DNA of 47,096 nucleotides from a virus. Taxonomy: Duplodnaviria; Heunggongvirae; Uroviricota; Caudoviricetes. The first letter of the stretch is position 1; each line of letters opens with the position of its first letter. Position numbers and translations under genes: made by a program. The notes below the pieces were generated by a model. The model was not told the DNA's origin. It did no database searches and saw only the letters and a program-made list of their open reading frames with translations. The stretch lies in IMG/VR virus record IMGVR_UViG_2802429246_000002. One strand, given 5' to 3'. Below, piece after piece: positions 27,922 through 37,167 of the stretch.

Positions 27922-29391
27922 TTATGAAAACGGATCGTACTCAGTAATAGCTTTCCCCTGCTGCTGCCGTGGGTCATTAGTTTTCTTGGCTACCGGGAAG
28001 GCGAACGTTAGCAGCAGCGCATCACCTTTACCCGGCGAACGCCCAAGTCGCTCTTTGATATCTTCCTTCGGTTCGATAACGATTTTACCGTCCACGCGAA
28101 CTTTGTACTCTGCCGTCGACAGGTCGTCCGCTGTTTCCTGGTCATCCAGCATCCCGCCCAGCCTCAGCCATGTCTTGCATGAGTTGAACATCTCCCCACG
28201 CTTGTTGAGCATCTGCGGGTCAGTAGACGCGCCACCGAACGGAACAAGTTGCCATGTACGACCCCAGCCGTCACCGATTGACTTCAGACCAGTTCCGTAA
28301 CCGAAGTCGATGAACACTGCGTCAGCCTGGTACTGGTCTTCAAAGTCAGCGATACGCTTCGCCATTATCAGATCGTCAGTGGTCTTGTTGCCAGTCCACA
28401 GCACCTTACTGTGCAGCCCCTGCCGCAGGTATATCACAGCGTCATCAACGCCGGAGTATGCAGGGTCAACGCCGATTATCACCGGAGCATGTGCCACCTG
28501 CGCAGCAGTTACCACCCGTTTCATTGCCTCGTCAGTAAGACCGGTAGGGATAAACTGCAATTCAGATGCATCAGGAAATATGCCGCGCACACGGATTTTA
28601 ACGAAGTCGCTGTCTTCCCCGTAGTCATCAACCCATTTCTGTAATTGCTGCTTGTTAGTACCTTCCACCGTCCGGCTGTCAATCTGTGCAGTTTTCCAGC
28701 GGTGTTTATATTTGCGGAAACATTCGCGGAAACGCCCGGTGTTACGTGTCGGGTTTCCGAACGCCACCCAGATAATCTCAGTGTCTTCGTCCGTAAGCGC
28801 ACCCTCAGCAACTTCCCACACCAGATCCGCAATGTTCGACGCTTCATCGAATACCACGATGATGCGTTTGCGCTCATTGTGTAATCCGGCGAATGCCTCA
28901 GTGTTGTGCTCAGACCAGGGGATTGCGTCAGCTCGCCACCGCTTGTCGTGCCCAGGGTCATTGCTGTACATCGCGGTAGCGGTACAGGTAAACCAATCTT
29001 TCGTGATAGCAAGGTTCGACCACTTGATAATTTCCGGCCAGGTCTTCGTTCGTAGCTGGTTGTCGGTGTTGGCGGTCACCACGACCTTACAATCCTCGCA
29101 AGTGGACATGCCCCAGTTGATCAGCATTGAGATGAATGCTGATTTACCAATACCGTGACCAGAAGCACGTGCCAGCATAAGCGGCTGATAGCGCGTCTCT
29201 GGATTCTGCAGATGATCACGTATCTCTCGGAACGCATCGGCCTGCCACTGACGTGGACCGGTGGCATGTGCCAGTTCAGTCCCCTCTTCCCCCCACGGGA
29301 ACGCATAGAGGGCATAGCCAAGTGGATCGTGAGTGAACCCTGCAATATCCTCGATTAACTGCTCTTCAGGAGATAACGCTGTATCTGTCAC
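27922..29391 (-). CDS. Terminase large subunit
   Basis: 489 aa; ATPase region with GHGIGKS and downstream acidic motif VVFDEAS, C-terminal nuclease-like region; adjacent small subunit. Confidence 0.85.
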   Translation of the reverse strand: MTDTALSPEEQLIEDIAGFTHDPLGYALYAFPWGEEGTELAHATGPRQWQADAFREIRDHLQNPETRYQPLMLARASGHGIGKSAFISMLINWGMSTCEDCKVVVTANTDNQLRTKTWPEIIKWSNLAITKDWFTCTATAMYSNDPGHDKRWRADAIPWSEHNTEAFAGLHNERKRIIVVFDEASNIADLVWEVAEGALTDEDTEIIWVAFGNPTRNTGRFRECFRKYKHRWKTAQIDSRTVEGTNKQQLQKWVDDYGEDSDFVKIRVRGIFPDASELQFIPTGLTDEAMKRVVTAAQVAHAPVIIGVDPAYSGVDDAVIYLRQGLHSKVLWTGNKTTDDLIMAKRIADFEDQYQADAVFIDFGYGTGLKSIGDGWGRTWQLVPFGGASTDPQMLNKRGEMFNSCKTWLRLGGMLDDQETADDLSTAEYKVRVDGKIVIEPKEDIKERLGRSPGKGDALLLTFAFPVAKKTNDPRQQQGKAITEYDPFS

Positions 29392-29984
29392 TGATTACCA
29401 TCCTGACGTTCTTTGAGTCGCTTCCTGGCTGCTGCTATGCGATCAGCAATTGTCACATTCACATTAACATCCAGACGTTCTTTGAACGCGTTGACATCAA
29501 CATGCTTACCAATCAGCTCAAGGTTCTTCACCTTGTCAGGCCATTTAATTTTTTTGAGGATTGTCTCTATCGAATCCTCGTTCATGTTCATGATGGTCGA
29601 TGACAGATCAAAGCCACTAAGCGTAGTACGCCAGATTTTCGGCCACTCACGGATTGGTTTAAGGCTCCCATCGTCGTTGAGGATGTCGATCACGTCCATC
29701 TGGTCGATCTCCACCAGGCGCATGAGAACGTAATCAGCACTGACGCGCATTCGTTTGTTGCGCTCCTCCATCAACTCGGCAATCCGTTTCTGAATGCGTT
29801 CATCGCGCATCATGACACTGGCTTTAACTGCCGCTGTATTTGGGGAGAATCCTGCGTTAATCGCAGCCTGAGTCTGGTTTTCAGGCGTTTTGATGTATGA
29901 CTGGCAATAAGCCTCCTGCATTGCTGTGAGCGGCTTAAATTGCGTTGATTTGCGTTTATAGGTTTTAGGTTCAGCAGGCATCAT
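29388..29984 (-). CDS. Terminase small subunit
   Basis: Segment AMQEAYCQSYIKTPENQTQAAINAGFSPNTA typical of small terminase N-terminal HTH; start chosen at MMPAEPK (the track ORF extends to 30062). Confidence 0.65.
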   Translation of the reverse strand: MMPAEPKTYKRKSTQFKPLTAMQEAYCQSYIKTPENQTQAAINAGFSPNTAAVKASVMMRDERIQKRIAELMEERNKRMRVSADYVLMRLVEIDQMDVIDILNDDGSLKPIREWPKIWRTTLSGFDLSSTIMNMNEDSIETILKKIKWPDKVKNLELIGKHVDVNAFKERLDVNVNVTIADRIAAARKRLKERQDGNQ

Positions 29985-30094
29985 AACCACCGTGGTAATT
30001 GTTACCGTTGTGGTAATAGTACCATGCAAAATAAAGCCGCCATAGTTGGCGGCAGTATTCAAAACCCATCAAATTCATCATGCATAATCTACTC

Positions 30095-30106
30095 GTGACA
30101 TGTCAC
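30095..30106. promoter_or_regulatory. 12-bp perfect palindrome GTGACATGTCAC upstream of terminase genes
   Basis: Read directly; lies between the 113-aa gene stop and the terminase small subunit start. Confidence 0.35.
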
Positions 30107-30444
30107 ACTATTAATTTCGTTTCATGCCAGCCTTTAGTCACCCAGCATTGCGAGTCACCATTACACGGGCATGAATTAACTGGAACTCTCTCGCCGCACT
30201 TACCGCAACGTTTTCTGCTGATCGATTTTATACGCCCGCGCACGCGTGCATCATCCTGGCGGATCAGTAACGCTATATACTCACCAAATTCGTAAGGCGC
30301 ACGCCCGGGGCGACGCGTGGCACAGTTACGCTCCAGCATTTCAATTTCCTGAGCATCAAGCACAATTTCCAGCTTACGCACACCAGATGCAGCTTGTCTG
30401 GCTCTCTGAGCGGCTTTGCGCTCTGCTGCTGATTTAGCCATCAA
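30103..30444 (-). CDS. Hypothetical protein with C-terminal Cys-rich (zinc-binding-like) segment
   Basis: 113 aa; Ala/Arg-rich helical N-terminus; RCGKCGERVPVNSCPCNGDSQC. Confidence 0.45.
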   Translation of the reverse strand: MMAKSAAERKAAQRARQAASGVRKLEIVLDAQEIEMLERNCATRRPGRAPYEFGEYIALLIRQDDARVRGRIKSISRKRCGKCGERVPVNSCPCNGDSQCWVTKGWHETKLIV

Positions 30445-30715
30445 TATTTACCTTTATCGCGAACACCTTTACCGGTTTATCGCCGAAGTGCGGATGTGTG
30501 ATTGTCTTGATTTCATATCCGTCATACGGAACATTAATTCTGCGGCTGGAATCGTCGCGCTTCGGATATCCCTTTGTGATAATCAGGCGGTCGTACTCGC
30601 GGAACATAATTCGCTTATTCCAGTAGTCATTACACAGGCGATACTCTTCCGTTTTCTCTCCGCGAATCATGGCATCGAAGTATTCACCTTTGACGGCAAG
30701 TTGCAGGTTAGCCAC
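30434..30715 (-). CDS. ASCH/PUA-like small domain protein
   Basis: 93 aa; YFDAMIRGEKTEEYR motif reminiscent of ASCH/DUF3850-type domains (from memory). Confidence 0.4.
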   Translation of the reverse strand: MANLQLAVKGEYFDAMIRGEKTEEYRLCNDYWNKRIMFREYDRLIITKGYPKRDDSSRRINVPYDGYEIKTITHPHFGDKPVKVFAIKVNIDG

Positions 30716-30995
30716 GACCTTCCTCCTTTGGCTTGTGAATTTGTATCGTCATGCCGCTTTGAGTGGTGACTACAACGACAGAACCTGGCTGAAGGCTGTT
30801 AAGATTGAATGCTTCGTAAAACGAATCCAATGCCAGTGCTTTTTTATTCTTTCGGTTCCACCAACGCCATCCCTTGCTACAGGCTACATCGACAATCCAC
30901 TGTCCACTCCTGTAAGCCATATAAAACCAGATGAGCAAAACCTGAAGGAAGGCTATCCAGTCAATAATCGTATATTTCGCGAAGGAGTCCATCAC
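30708..30995 (-). CDS. Hypothetical small membrane protein
   Basis: 95 aa with one hydrophobic helix (IAFLQVLLIWFYMAY). Confidence 0.35.
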   Translation of the reverse strand: MMDSFAKYTIIDWIAFLQVLLIWFYMAYRSGQWIVDVACSKGWRWWNRKNKKALALDSFYEAFNLNSLQPGSVVVVTTQSGMTIQIHKPKEEGRG

Positions 30996-31822
30996 TTCAC
31001 CTCCTGCGGCGGTTCCGGTAGCCGCATCCAGTCGGTTACATTGCGACTCTGTGTTTCGAAAAGTTCATCACCATTGCGGACAATATCGAAAAACTCTCCG
31101 TCTCGATATTGCGCATAAAGAACGAATGCGCCATCACATAAAATAATTACGTGCTGACCATCATCTGGCATTCGCTCACTACAGCTTATCCAACCATCCG
31201 GAGTTACCGGAGAATTGCCATTTACCAAGTCAGCTCGAACATATAGCGTGTCATCATGGTGCTGATTGTGGCTGCACCACGTTAATTCGCTTAACTCGCC
31301 ATCTTCTGGCCATACTCCAGCTGTTTGCAGCCAGATATGGGCTGGCGCATCCTGGCAAGGTGTATTAACTGGAAACTTGTAAGTTTGGCTTACAGGTTGG
31401 CTACCCTGAAGCATGGCAGCGTGGCAGGCATCCTCTACGCCCTTAACTGCATCTGCGCAGTAGTTATAGCGATTGCATTCCACTAACTTCTGCTTGAGGA
31501 TTTCAATTGTTTGCGCGACATCAGCCTGTATTACCGGCGCTGGCGGTGCAGTGTACACAGTACGAAATTCGGCGTTTTCACTGGCGTTATCTTTGACAAA
31601 CTCGTATTCCTGCTCGGTCAATTCCTGCCATCCGGTCGTCATGCCATTGTAGGGATTTCGCTCGCGATAGAGAGTTACCTTTTCAGCTTCCAGAGATGCC
31701 AGTGCAATCCGTGCCAGTTCTTTAAGATTTTCGCTATATGGTGAAGTATTATCACGGTTGATTACGTGATTAGCTGTATCTATGAGAACTTGCTTTTGTT
31801 CTTCTCTGTTCATAGTGGTCAT
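30992..31822 (-). CDS. Hypothetical early protein with C-terminal DUF551-like domain
   Basis: C-terminal GWISCSERMPDDGQHVIILCDGAFVLYAQYRDGEFFD pattern; start set at MTTMNREEQ to avoid overlap with upstream gene. Confidence 0.45.
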   Translation of the reverse strand: MTTMNREEQKQVLIDTANHVINRDNTSPYSENLKELARIALASLEAEKVTLYRERNPYNGMTTGWQELTEQEYEFVKDNASENAEFRTVYTAPPAPVIQADVAQTIEILKQKLVECNRYNYCADAVKGVEDACHAAMLQGSQPVSQTYKFPVNTPCQDAPAHIWLQTAGVWPEDGELSELTWCSHNQHHDDTLYVRADLVNGNSPVTPDGWISCSERMPDDGQHVIILCDGAFVLYAQYRDGEFFDIVRNGDELFETQSRNVTDWMRLPEPPQEVK

Positions 31823-31823
31823 C

Positions 31824-32384
31824 TCACTCTCCTTTGATGCGAATGCCAGCGGCGCGTGGCACATTAACTTCCACGATGCGCACAGTTGGTTTGTACATCT
31901 CAATCGCTGTCAGCCAGTCAGCTCCTGTCATGCGCTTTTCCGCATCGCCATTAGTCCACTGAACCGGTACACCAATAGCCTTCATCGCGATTTCTATTTC
32001 CCCGGCAATGGCGCTTTTTCCGCAACCAGTAAAACCAGATACAACGACAAGAACTTCGCCTTTGGCTGGTTTTATTTCCCGTGCTTCCAGTTCTGCAATG
32101 CGCTTTTTGTCTGCTTCCCGTTCATCCAGTAGTGCCAGCAAGATAGCTGGACTGGCTGCGGCGATGAATTCAGCATTGGCCTGCTGTTCCATTTGGAAAT
32201 CTTCATCGAAACCGCTTTCTGGATGCGCTCCTTCAATTCTGCAAATGGGAAGATATCCAACAACTTCACGATGAATTAGCGCATCACCAGCATCAAATCT
32301 CTCCTCTCCATATTCGAGCGACCACACACCACACGTTGCTTTCTCTGCCTTTTCACGCAGTGCCTGATAGTCAATCTTGCTCAC
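31824..32384 (-). CDS. Hypothetical early protein (Ea22/ead-like N-terminus, P-loop-like segment)
   Basis: 186 aa; MSKIDYQALREKAEKA... N-terminus; VVVSGFTGCGKS glycine-rich loop. Confidence 0.4.
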   Translation of the reverse strand: MSKIDYQALREKAEKATCGVWSLEYGEERFDAGDALIHREVVGYLPICRIEGAHPESGFDEDFQMEQQANAEFIAAASPAILLALLDEREADKKRIAELEAREIKPAKGEVLVVVSGFTGCGKSAIAGEIEIAMKAIGVPVQWTNGDAEKRMTGADWLTAIEMYKPTVRIVEVNVPRAAGIRIKGE

Positions 32385-32688
32385 TGGGTGCCTCCTTTGC
32401 TGGGCTTTCTAACTTCTGAGTGGTTGTATCAAACTCAAACAACTTAACCACGTCATCAAACAGGACATAATCTCCATCAGAATCTTCAGTCATGTCAGCG
32501 CCACAATCCTGACCGCACGAGTCACAACCATCCATATCAAGCTCGTATCGCTTGAGGTTTGCGATATTTGATAAATTCAGCGCCAGTACAGCTAGGTCAT
32601 AAACCTCGTCAGCGGTATACCCTGCACCATGTCCATACATTTCAATGCGGGATATGATTTCTTCTACCCGTTGTTTTGTGATTGTCAT
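32371..32688 (-). CDS. Hypothetical acidic protein
   Basis: 105 aa ORF in early operon, Asp/Cys-rich middle. Confidence 0.35.
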   Translation of the reverse strand: MTITKQRVEEIISRIEMYGHGAGYTADEVYDLAVLALNLSNIANLKRYELDMDGCDSCGQDCGADMTEDSDGDYVLFDDVVKLFEFDTTTQKLESPAKEAPSEQD

Positions 32689-33146
32689 TTTTGCTCACCT
32701 CCCTGTTCTTCCAGAAAAATACGCATAGCCTCAAGCATCTCTTCGGTGTCATACGGTGACAACTTGTCACGCAGGATGTGTTCAATGCTGTTAATGAACT
32801 TGCGGATTGCTTTGCGTTCAATTTCAGCCAGAAAAGCATCGGTGGCTGGCATATTTCCTGTTGCCTTCATGGCCTCCAAAATAACCAGAACGCCATCTCG
32901 CCCAACCTCATCAGCGATAATCTCGGTGTTGTCGCCAACAACATCGCAGAATGCCTGAACTGCCTTACGAGCCAGCTCATTCTCCGCCGCAAGCGCATTA
33001 GCACGCGCCAGTTGCACTTCCAGTTGCGTTGCCAAATCGCTGATCAGCTTTGCCACACTGCGCATATCAACGGCACCACATTCTGCTTTCAGTTCCGAAG
33101 CCATCTCATGCCCGGCGGCAACTAACCCTTTGATATTACTTTCCAT
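32685..33146 (-). CDS. Hypothetical helical protein
   Basis: 153 aa ORF in early operon, overlapping stops/starts with neighbours. Confidence 0.4.
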   Translation of the reverse strand: MESNIKGLVAAGHEMASELKAECGAVDMRSVAKLISDLATQLEVQLARANALAAENELARKAVQAFCDVVGDNTEIIADEVGRDGVLVILEAMKATGNMPATDAFLAEIERKAIRKFINSIEHILRDKLSPYDTEEMLEAMRIFLEEQGGEQK

Positions 33147-33207
33147 CTTTACCCTCGCTTATCCACATAACTTATTGATTACATTGATAACTAAAAAGAT
33201 CGTCGAT

Positions 33208-33552
33208 TCAGAACTCTTCGATGTTCCAGCCATCACCCGCTTTCTTTGTCTTAACCGTTACCCCGATGATGCGAAACGGGTACTGGTCTGCTGCGACTTT
33301 GGTTTTCACCCTGGCGTCGTCGGTCCAGAAACCTTTCACTTCGTGTAGTTCCATCTCGCCGGTGGCGAGCATCACAGCAAAATCGGGCGTATAGAACGTG
33401 TTGTCAGCTAACCGCAGCTTGATACCCTCGAATCGATACCAGGCGATTTCCCCTGCACGTTTACGCAGCTCAAGGTGCTGGCAATACGCAGATTCTGTTT
33501 TGTTCATCTGGCCTGTTTTGAGTCGACCAAGAGCCTGTATCTGTTTTCTCAT
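33208..33552 (-). CDS. Putative PD-(D/E)xK nuclease (possible Holliday-junction resolvase-like)
   Basis: YTPDFAVML...ELHEVKG matches a PD...E.K motif arrangement; 114 aa; downstream of replication genes. Confidence 0.45.
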   Translation of the reverse strand: MRKQIQALGRLKTGQMNKTESAYCQHLELRKRAGEIAWYRFEGIKLRLADNTFYTPDFAVMLATGEMELHEVKGFWTDDARVKTKVAADQYPFRIIGVTVKTKKAGDGWNIEEF

Positions 33553-33669
33553 GATTTACCCCTGAGGTAATTAAAAACCACATAAGACACGAAATCAATA
33601 GAGTTTAGAATATTTTGTTACCAAACAGGTAATTATCAAGACGTAAAAAAATGCGCTATCGCGCTGGTA

Positions 33670-34446
33670 TTACTTGATAAATCCTGCCGCCTTTCCCCGC
33701 CTGTATTCCTCCATCAGCCACTGCGCCGGTGTTATTCCCCCAAGGGTGGCGGCGTTAGGCATGCACCCGAAACTTCGCCCTGGTGGATGGTAAACGTCTC
33801 TCCCTGTGTCCGGAGGTGTACTCATGGGCTCTGGCTTTGCCTGTATGCTGATCACCGGATCGGGTATCTGCTGTCCGGAAGCCACCTTTTTCGCCCAATC
33901 ATCGAGCAGCCTGCGCGCGTGTTTCTCAACCTCAATCTCGCTAAGCTGGCGCTGATACATTGCACGGCGGGTATCACATACGACCCAGTACATAACCGGA
34001 TGCCGCCACGGGAATCTTTCGGGACCACCAGGATATAAACTTTTTTCCTTGCTGTACCGGTGAAACTCCGCCATCACATCGTCAATGGTGACGCCAAGAA
34101 CCATCTTGCTGTCTTTACACCACTTGATAAATTGCCCTGGCGACGGCCAGAACGGAGATTCACTGGCGCGGGCGTGGCGCATACCAGCGTTAACCTGTTC
34201 CATTGTAGTGATCCCATTCTCCAGAAACGCAAGCATCCATTGCTTACGGAATTCATTAAGTTTGTTCTGCTCCCTTATGGTCGAAACGCTTGCAGGAAAT
34301 GCAGCCTGTAACTGGACAAATAGTTCATTGAAAATTCTAGCGACCTGCTCCTTTTTGCCATTGCTGTCACGCCGCTCTTCATGCACAGCAACACCATGCT
34401 CACGTAAGCGATCGTACTCATTGAGAAGTTCTGGAGTTGATTTCAT
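33670..34446 (-). CDS. Replication protein P-like (DnaB helicase loader)
   Basis: Block ENGITTMEQVNAGMRHARASESPFWPSPGQFIKWC closely matches lambda P (ENGITTMEQVNAGMR...PFLPSPGQF..WC) as recalled. Confidence 0.75.
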   Translation of the reverse strand: MKSTPELLNEYDRLREHGVAVHEERRDSNGKKEQVARIFNELFVQLQAAFPASVSTIREQNKLNEFRKQWMLAFLENGITTMEQVNAGMRHARASESPFWPSPGQFIKWCKDSKMVLGVTIDDVMAEFHRYSKEKSLYPGGPERFPWRHPVMYWVVCDTRRAMYQRQLSEIEVEKHARRLLDDWAKKVASGQQIPDPVISIQAKPEPMSTPPDTGRDVYHPPGRSFGCMPNAATLGGITPAQWLMEEYRRGKAAGFIK

Positions 34447-35248
34447 CCCACACCCCTTCTATCCAGTCAGTGTTATTCCAGTCAAGCTCATCGCTTTTCC
34501 CGACGTTTTTTGATTTTCCCCTGATATGATTTACGTGCCTGGCGAATTTTTGTTCCCACTGAACCTGCGTGAACACTTTGCCCTCAGCCATCCAGTAATC
34601 CCGGAATGCAGCAAGTTCAGCAGGTGTAAATTCCGGTTCCGGCAGGGCCGTTCCCCACAGCGCAGCACGCCGTCGAAAATCCGGCGACGGATGCCAGCCA
34701 TCGGTCATCGGAAATTTCCCAATAGGTTCACTCAGGCCATCCAGAAATGCAGGTTCTGCCACCTGCAACGGCGTACCGTTCGCTTCACTGGTCGGATCAC
34801 TCTCGCGCGCGTGTGCTATGTGTGGGGTTTTATATATATCTTCCTCTTCCTCTTCCTCTGGTAACTCTTTTTGTAACGCTGTTGGCGTTACTTTTTGCGT
34901 TACTCGTTTTCGATGCTCTGCCACTCTTCTATTCGTAAGTGCACGTTTTTTCGATGATTCTCCATTGTGTCGCTCAAAGTTTGGAAGAATTAGTTTGCCG
35001 TCATGATAAGCAAGCCATCCGACGCTAATGAGGGCGTCAGCAAATCCTGTAATAAAAGCGAGTCTATCAAGTACTCCTTTTGTAACGCTGCCAGCGTTAC
35101 CGTCTATTGTTTGCTGGTCAGCCCATGCCCATATACGAACCAGCTTTCCAAGAACAGCATCTGGATCAATACCCAGAATTTCTGCTATCTGAAAAATTTC
35201 AGGTTTATCAGGAGTGATAACTTCAACCTTAATCCAGCTGCTTGCCAT
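34418..35248 (-). CDS. Replication initiator / replisome organizer (lambda O-like, DnaT-like C-terminal domain)
   Basis: N-terminal replisome-organizer-like region, acidic linker EEEEEED, C-terminal WHPSPDFRRRAALWG...AFRDYW pattern; directly upstream of P-like gene. Confidence 0.6.
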   Translation of the reverse strand: MASSWIKVEVITPDKPEIFQIAEILGIDPDAVLGKLVRIWAWADQQTIDGNAGSVTKGVLDRLAFITGFADALISVGWLAYHDGKLILPNFERHNGESSKKRALTNRRVAEHRKRVTQKVTPTALQKELPEEEEEEDIYKTPHIAHARESDPTSEANGTPLQVAEPAFLDGLSEPIGKFPMTDGWHPSPDFRRRAALWGTALPEPEFTPAELAAFRDYWMAEGKVFTQVQWEQKFARHVNHIRGKSKNVGKSDELDWNNTDWIEGVWDEINSRTSQ

Positions 35249-35441
35249 AGGTTTCCCCTCTTGCACTCTTTAGTGCACAAGCAAATTCATTACGATGGCG
35301 GTTGGCGCTATTCATTGCACATTCAACACATGTTCCGTTCAGAACATACCTTTCAGAGAGATGGCCGTGACGGCACCGCTTTCCTGTGAAATAGCGATTT
35401 AACCCGGCTTTTGCGGCCTCCATTCTGGTTACTATCTTCAA
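35229..35441 (-). CDS. Small Cys/His-rich protein (cII-position; unknown function)
   Basis: 70 aa; RCRHGHLSERYVLNGTCVEC; between cro-like gene and replication genes. Confidence 0.4.
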   Translation of the reverse strand: MKIVTRMEAAKAGLNRYFTGKRCRHGHLSERYVLNGTCVECAMNSANRHRNEFACALKSARGETYGKQLD

Positions 35442-35517
35442 TTTTTCCGCCCCTTTTTGTTATTGATATTGGCTATTTTGCACAATTGGAAAATTTGATC
35501 AACCAGATTTGGTTTTT

Positions 35518-35534
35518 TATTACCTTTGAGGTAC
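35518..35534. promoter_or_regulatory. 17-bp inverted repeat attacct-ttg-aggtacg (site F)
   Basis: Left arm exact, right arm 5/7; between the cro-like stop and the next early gene. Confidence 0.45.
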
Positions 35535-35589
35535 GAATAGATATGAAAAGACCGCCGGATGGCGGTCTACAGAGGGTTGTGGATGGATA

Positions 35590-35820
35590 TCATGAGTAGA
35601 AGAAGTATGCCAGTTCTGCTTTTGAGCGCAGCCATTGTCTTGTTTTACAGGCTTTAAAAAGCCCATTCATCAATACCTTACCTGGCATTTTGCGCTTACC
35701 TGTTAAGTGAGTCTGGATATAGTGACTCGTCGTTCCGGCTTCCTGTGCGAAGGCTTCACGCTCATCCGGAGTAAGTGCAAGCCAGTGCTTTTTGAAATCG
35801 AAATGTCCGTTATCGCTCAT
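35590..35820 (-). CDS. Cro/YdaS-like HTH regulator
   Basis: 76 aa; putative HTH AFAQEAGTTSHYIQTHLTGKRKMP; divergent from repressor gene; first gene of replication-side operon. Confidence 0.6.
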   Translation of the reverse strand: MSDNGHFDFKKHWLALTPDEREAFAQEAGTTSHYIQTHLTGKRKMPGKVLMNGLFKACKTRQWLRSKAELAYFFYS

Positions 35821-35886
35821 AGCTATTGCCTGATATTTATTTCAGATAATAAATATTCACCCATAAGGTAACAAAAATCAAGGATA

Positions 35887-35920
35887 GTTACCTATGAGGT
35901 GCATTTACCTGTTGGGTAAT
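35887..35920. promoter_or_regulatory. Tandem operator-like sites gttacct-atg-aggtgca and tttacct-gtt-gggtaat in the divergent immunity intergenic region
   Basis: Two adjacent 17-bp sites of the aTTACCT-N3-AGGTAAt family between the cro-like start (35820) and repressor start (35975); extra half-site aggtaac at 35866. Confidence 0.6.
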
Positions 35921-35974
35921 ATTGCTTTAAATTGAATCATCTACTGATTCATATATGAGGCGATTTTCCAGAAA

Positions 35975-36559
35975 ATGAAAAGTATCCAGGACGTCCGCAG
36001 GCAAAATCTCAACGACTTGATCGACCGTGAATTCAATGGTGTTCAGACGCGGATGGCAGAAAAACTTGGAACTCAGGCAAATCTGGTAAACCGCTGGGCT
36101 CTTGGCAAGAAGGTTATCGGCGACCAGGTTGCGCGAAAAATTGAAGCTGCCGCCAATAAACCCCGTAACTGGCTTGATATCGATCGCTCGCTTTCTCAGG
36201 AAGGTTTTCAGCCTGTCGGCCCAAGCGACATTGGTCAGCTGGCGGCTCACAACCTGGAACGCTGGATGAGCGAAAGCCGCGACCTTTCAACACAGGGAAA
36301 ACTTCACCGCGCATCCGGCGTCGCCCAGGTAACAATCAGCCGCCTGTTAAACAATGAGGTCAGCGTTTCCATTTCCACCCTGGAGAATGTTGCATCCGCA
36401 TTCGGGCGTCACGGCTATGAATTACTGATTCACCCGCACGACCCTGCGACCATCAACTATGACCGCTCGCGCTACGCATTGTTACCCGAAACCGAGAAAG
36501 CAAAGATCGAAAGTTACATTGAATTTGTCATCAACCAGAACGAAAAAAATAAACAATAA
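35975..36559 (+). CDS. Prophage repressor (CI-like), two HTH-like regions, no obvious LexA/S24-type autocleavage domain
   Basis: 194 aa; N-terminal XRE-type HTH (VQTRMAEKLGTQANLVNRW) and second HTH-like segment (GVAQVTISRLLNNEVSVSISTLENVA); divergent to cro-like gene. Confidence 0.65.
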   Translation: MKSIQDVRRQNLNDLIDREFNGVQTRMAEKLGTQANLVNRWALGKKVIGDQVARKIEAAANKPRNWLDIDRSLSQEGFQPVGPSDIGQLAAHNLERWMSESRDLSTQGKLHRASGVAQVTISRLLNNEVSVSISTLENVASAFGRHGYELLIHPHDPATINYDRSRYALLPETEKAKIESYIEFVINQNEKNKQ

Positions 36560-36615
36560 AACTATAGTTTTCAGCAAGTAAGCCGCCTCATGGCGGCTTT
36601 TTTATTGCCATCAAG

Positions 36616-36632
36616 ATTACCTTATGGGTAAT
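36616..36632. promoter_or_regulatory. 17-bp inverted repeat attacct-tat-gggtaat (site H; OL-like position)
   Basis: Downstream of repressor gene, upstream of the recombination-side operon. Confidence 0.55.
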
Positions 36633-36677
36633 TTTTTTAGCTCATATCTATTGACATCAAACCAAATACGCATAATC

Positions 36678-36694
36678 ATTACCCCAACGGTAAC
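36678..36694. promoter_or_regulatory. Inverted repeat attacc-ccaac-ggtaac (site H2)
   Basis: 6-bp arms ATTACC/GGTAAC with 5-bp spacer; 19 bp upstream of ATG at 36713. Confidence 0.45.
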
Positions 36695-36712
36695 AGACCG
36701 AGGTAACAAATT

Positions 36713-36865
36713 ATGCAGTGGAAAATCATCAACGGTTGGTACTGCGTTACTGCATGCGGATTCATGAGCTGGAAGTTCCGCACCTTACAGGAAGGCATTA
36801 AGTGGGCTTTCGTCAGCAAAGAAGCTCGCGATGTGGCCAACGATAACGAGATATGGGAGGGCTGA
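36713..36865 (+). CDS. Small hypothetical protein (50 aa), first gene of the recombination-side early operon
   Basis: ATG with GAGGTAAC RBS; ORF MQWKIINGWYCVTACGFMSWKF... ends just before the next start; below the ORF-track cutoff. Confidence 0.3.
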   Translation: MQWKIINGWYCVTACGFMSWKFRTLQEGIKWAFVSKEARDVANDNEIWEG

Positions 36866-36867
36866 TA

Positions 36868-37167
36868 ATGAACGTTAATCAGCAGAAAAATCTTCAAAAA
36901 ATCATGCTGGCATTCGACAAGGACTACCGCCTGTCAGAACAGCTATATGACCGACAAGTTGAACTGATTGAGAGCATCCGACTTCATCAACTGTCCTCAA
37001 CTTTCGACGTTGTAACAGGCAAAGGCGTTCGTCAGGAAGTACTGGAGGCTGCTAAAGACAGCCCTGAGTTCGAAGAACTGATGGATGCCTACCGGCGCGA
37101 GGCAATGGCAATTATCGCCCGCTGGGATCTGGCGGATCAGCTTGATGGACAGAGGGACGCGGCATGA
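36868..37167 (+). CDS. Hypothetical early protein
   Basis: 99 aa from MNVNQQKN with GGGAGGG RBS; stop overlaps exonuclease start. Confidence 0.45.
   Translation: MNVNQQKNLQKIMLAFDKDYRLSEQLYDRQVELIESIRLHQLSSTFDVVTGKGVRQEVLEAAKDSPEFEELMDAYRREAMAIIARWDLADQLDGQRDAA

Noticed and set aside
30103-30444. HNH endonuclease next to terminase
   Set aside because: The Cys-rich C-terminus lacks the H-N-H catalytic residues pattern; left as hypothetical.
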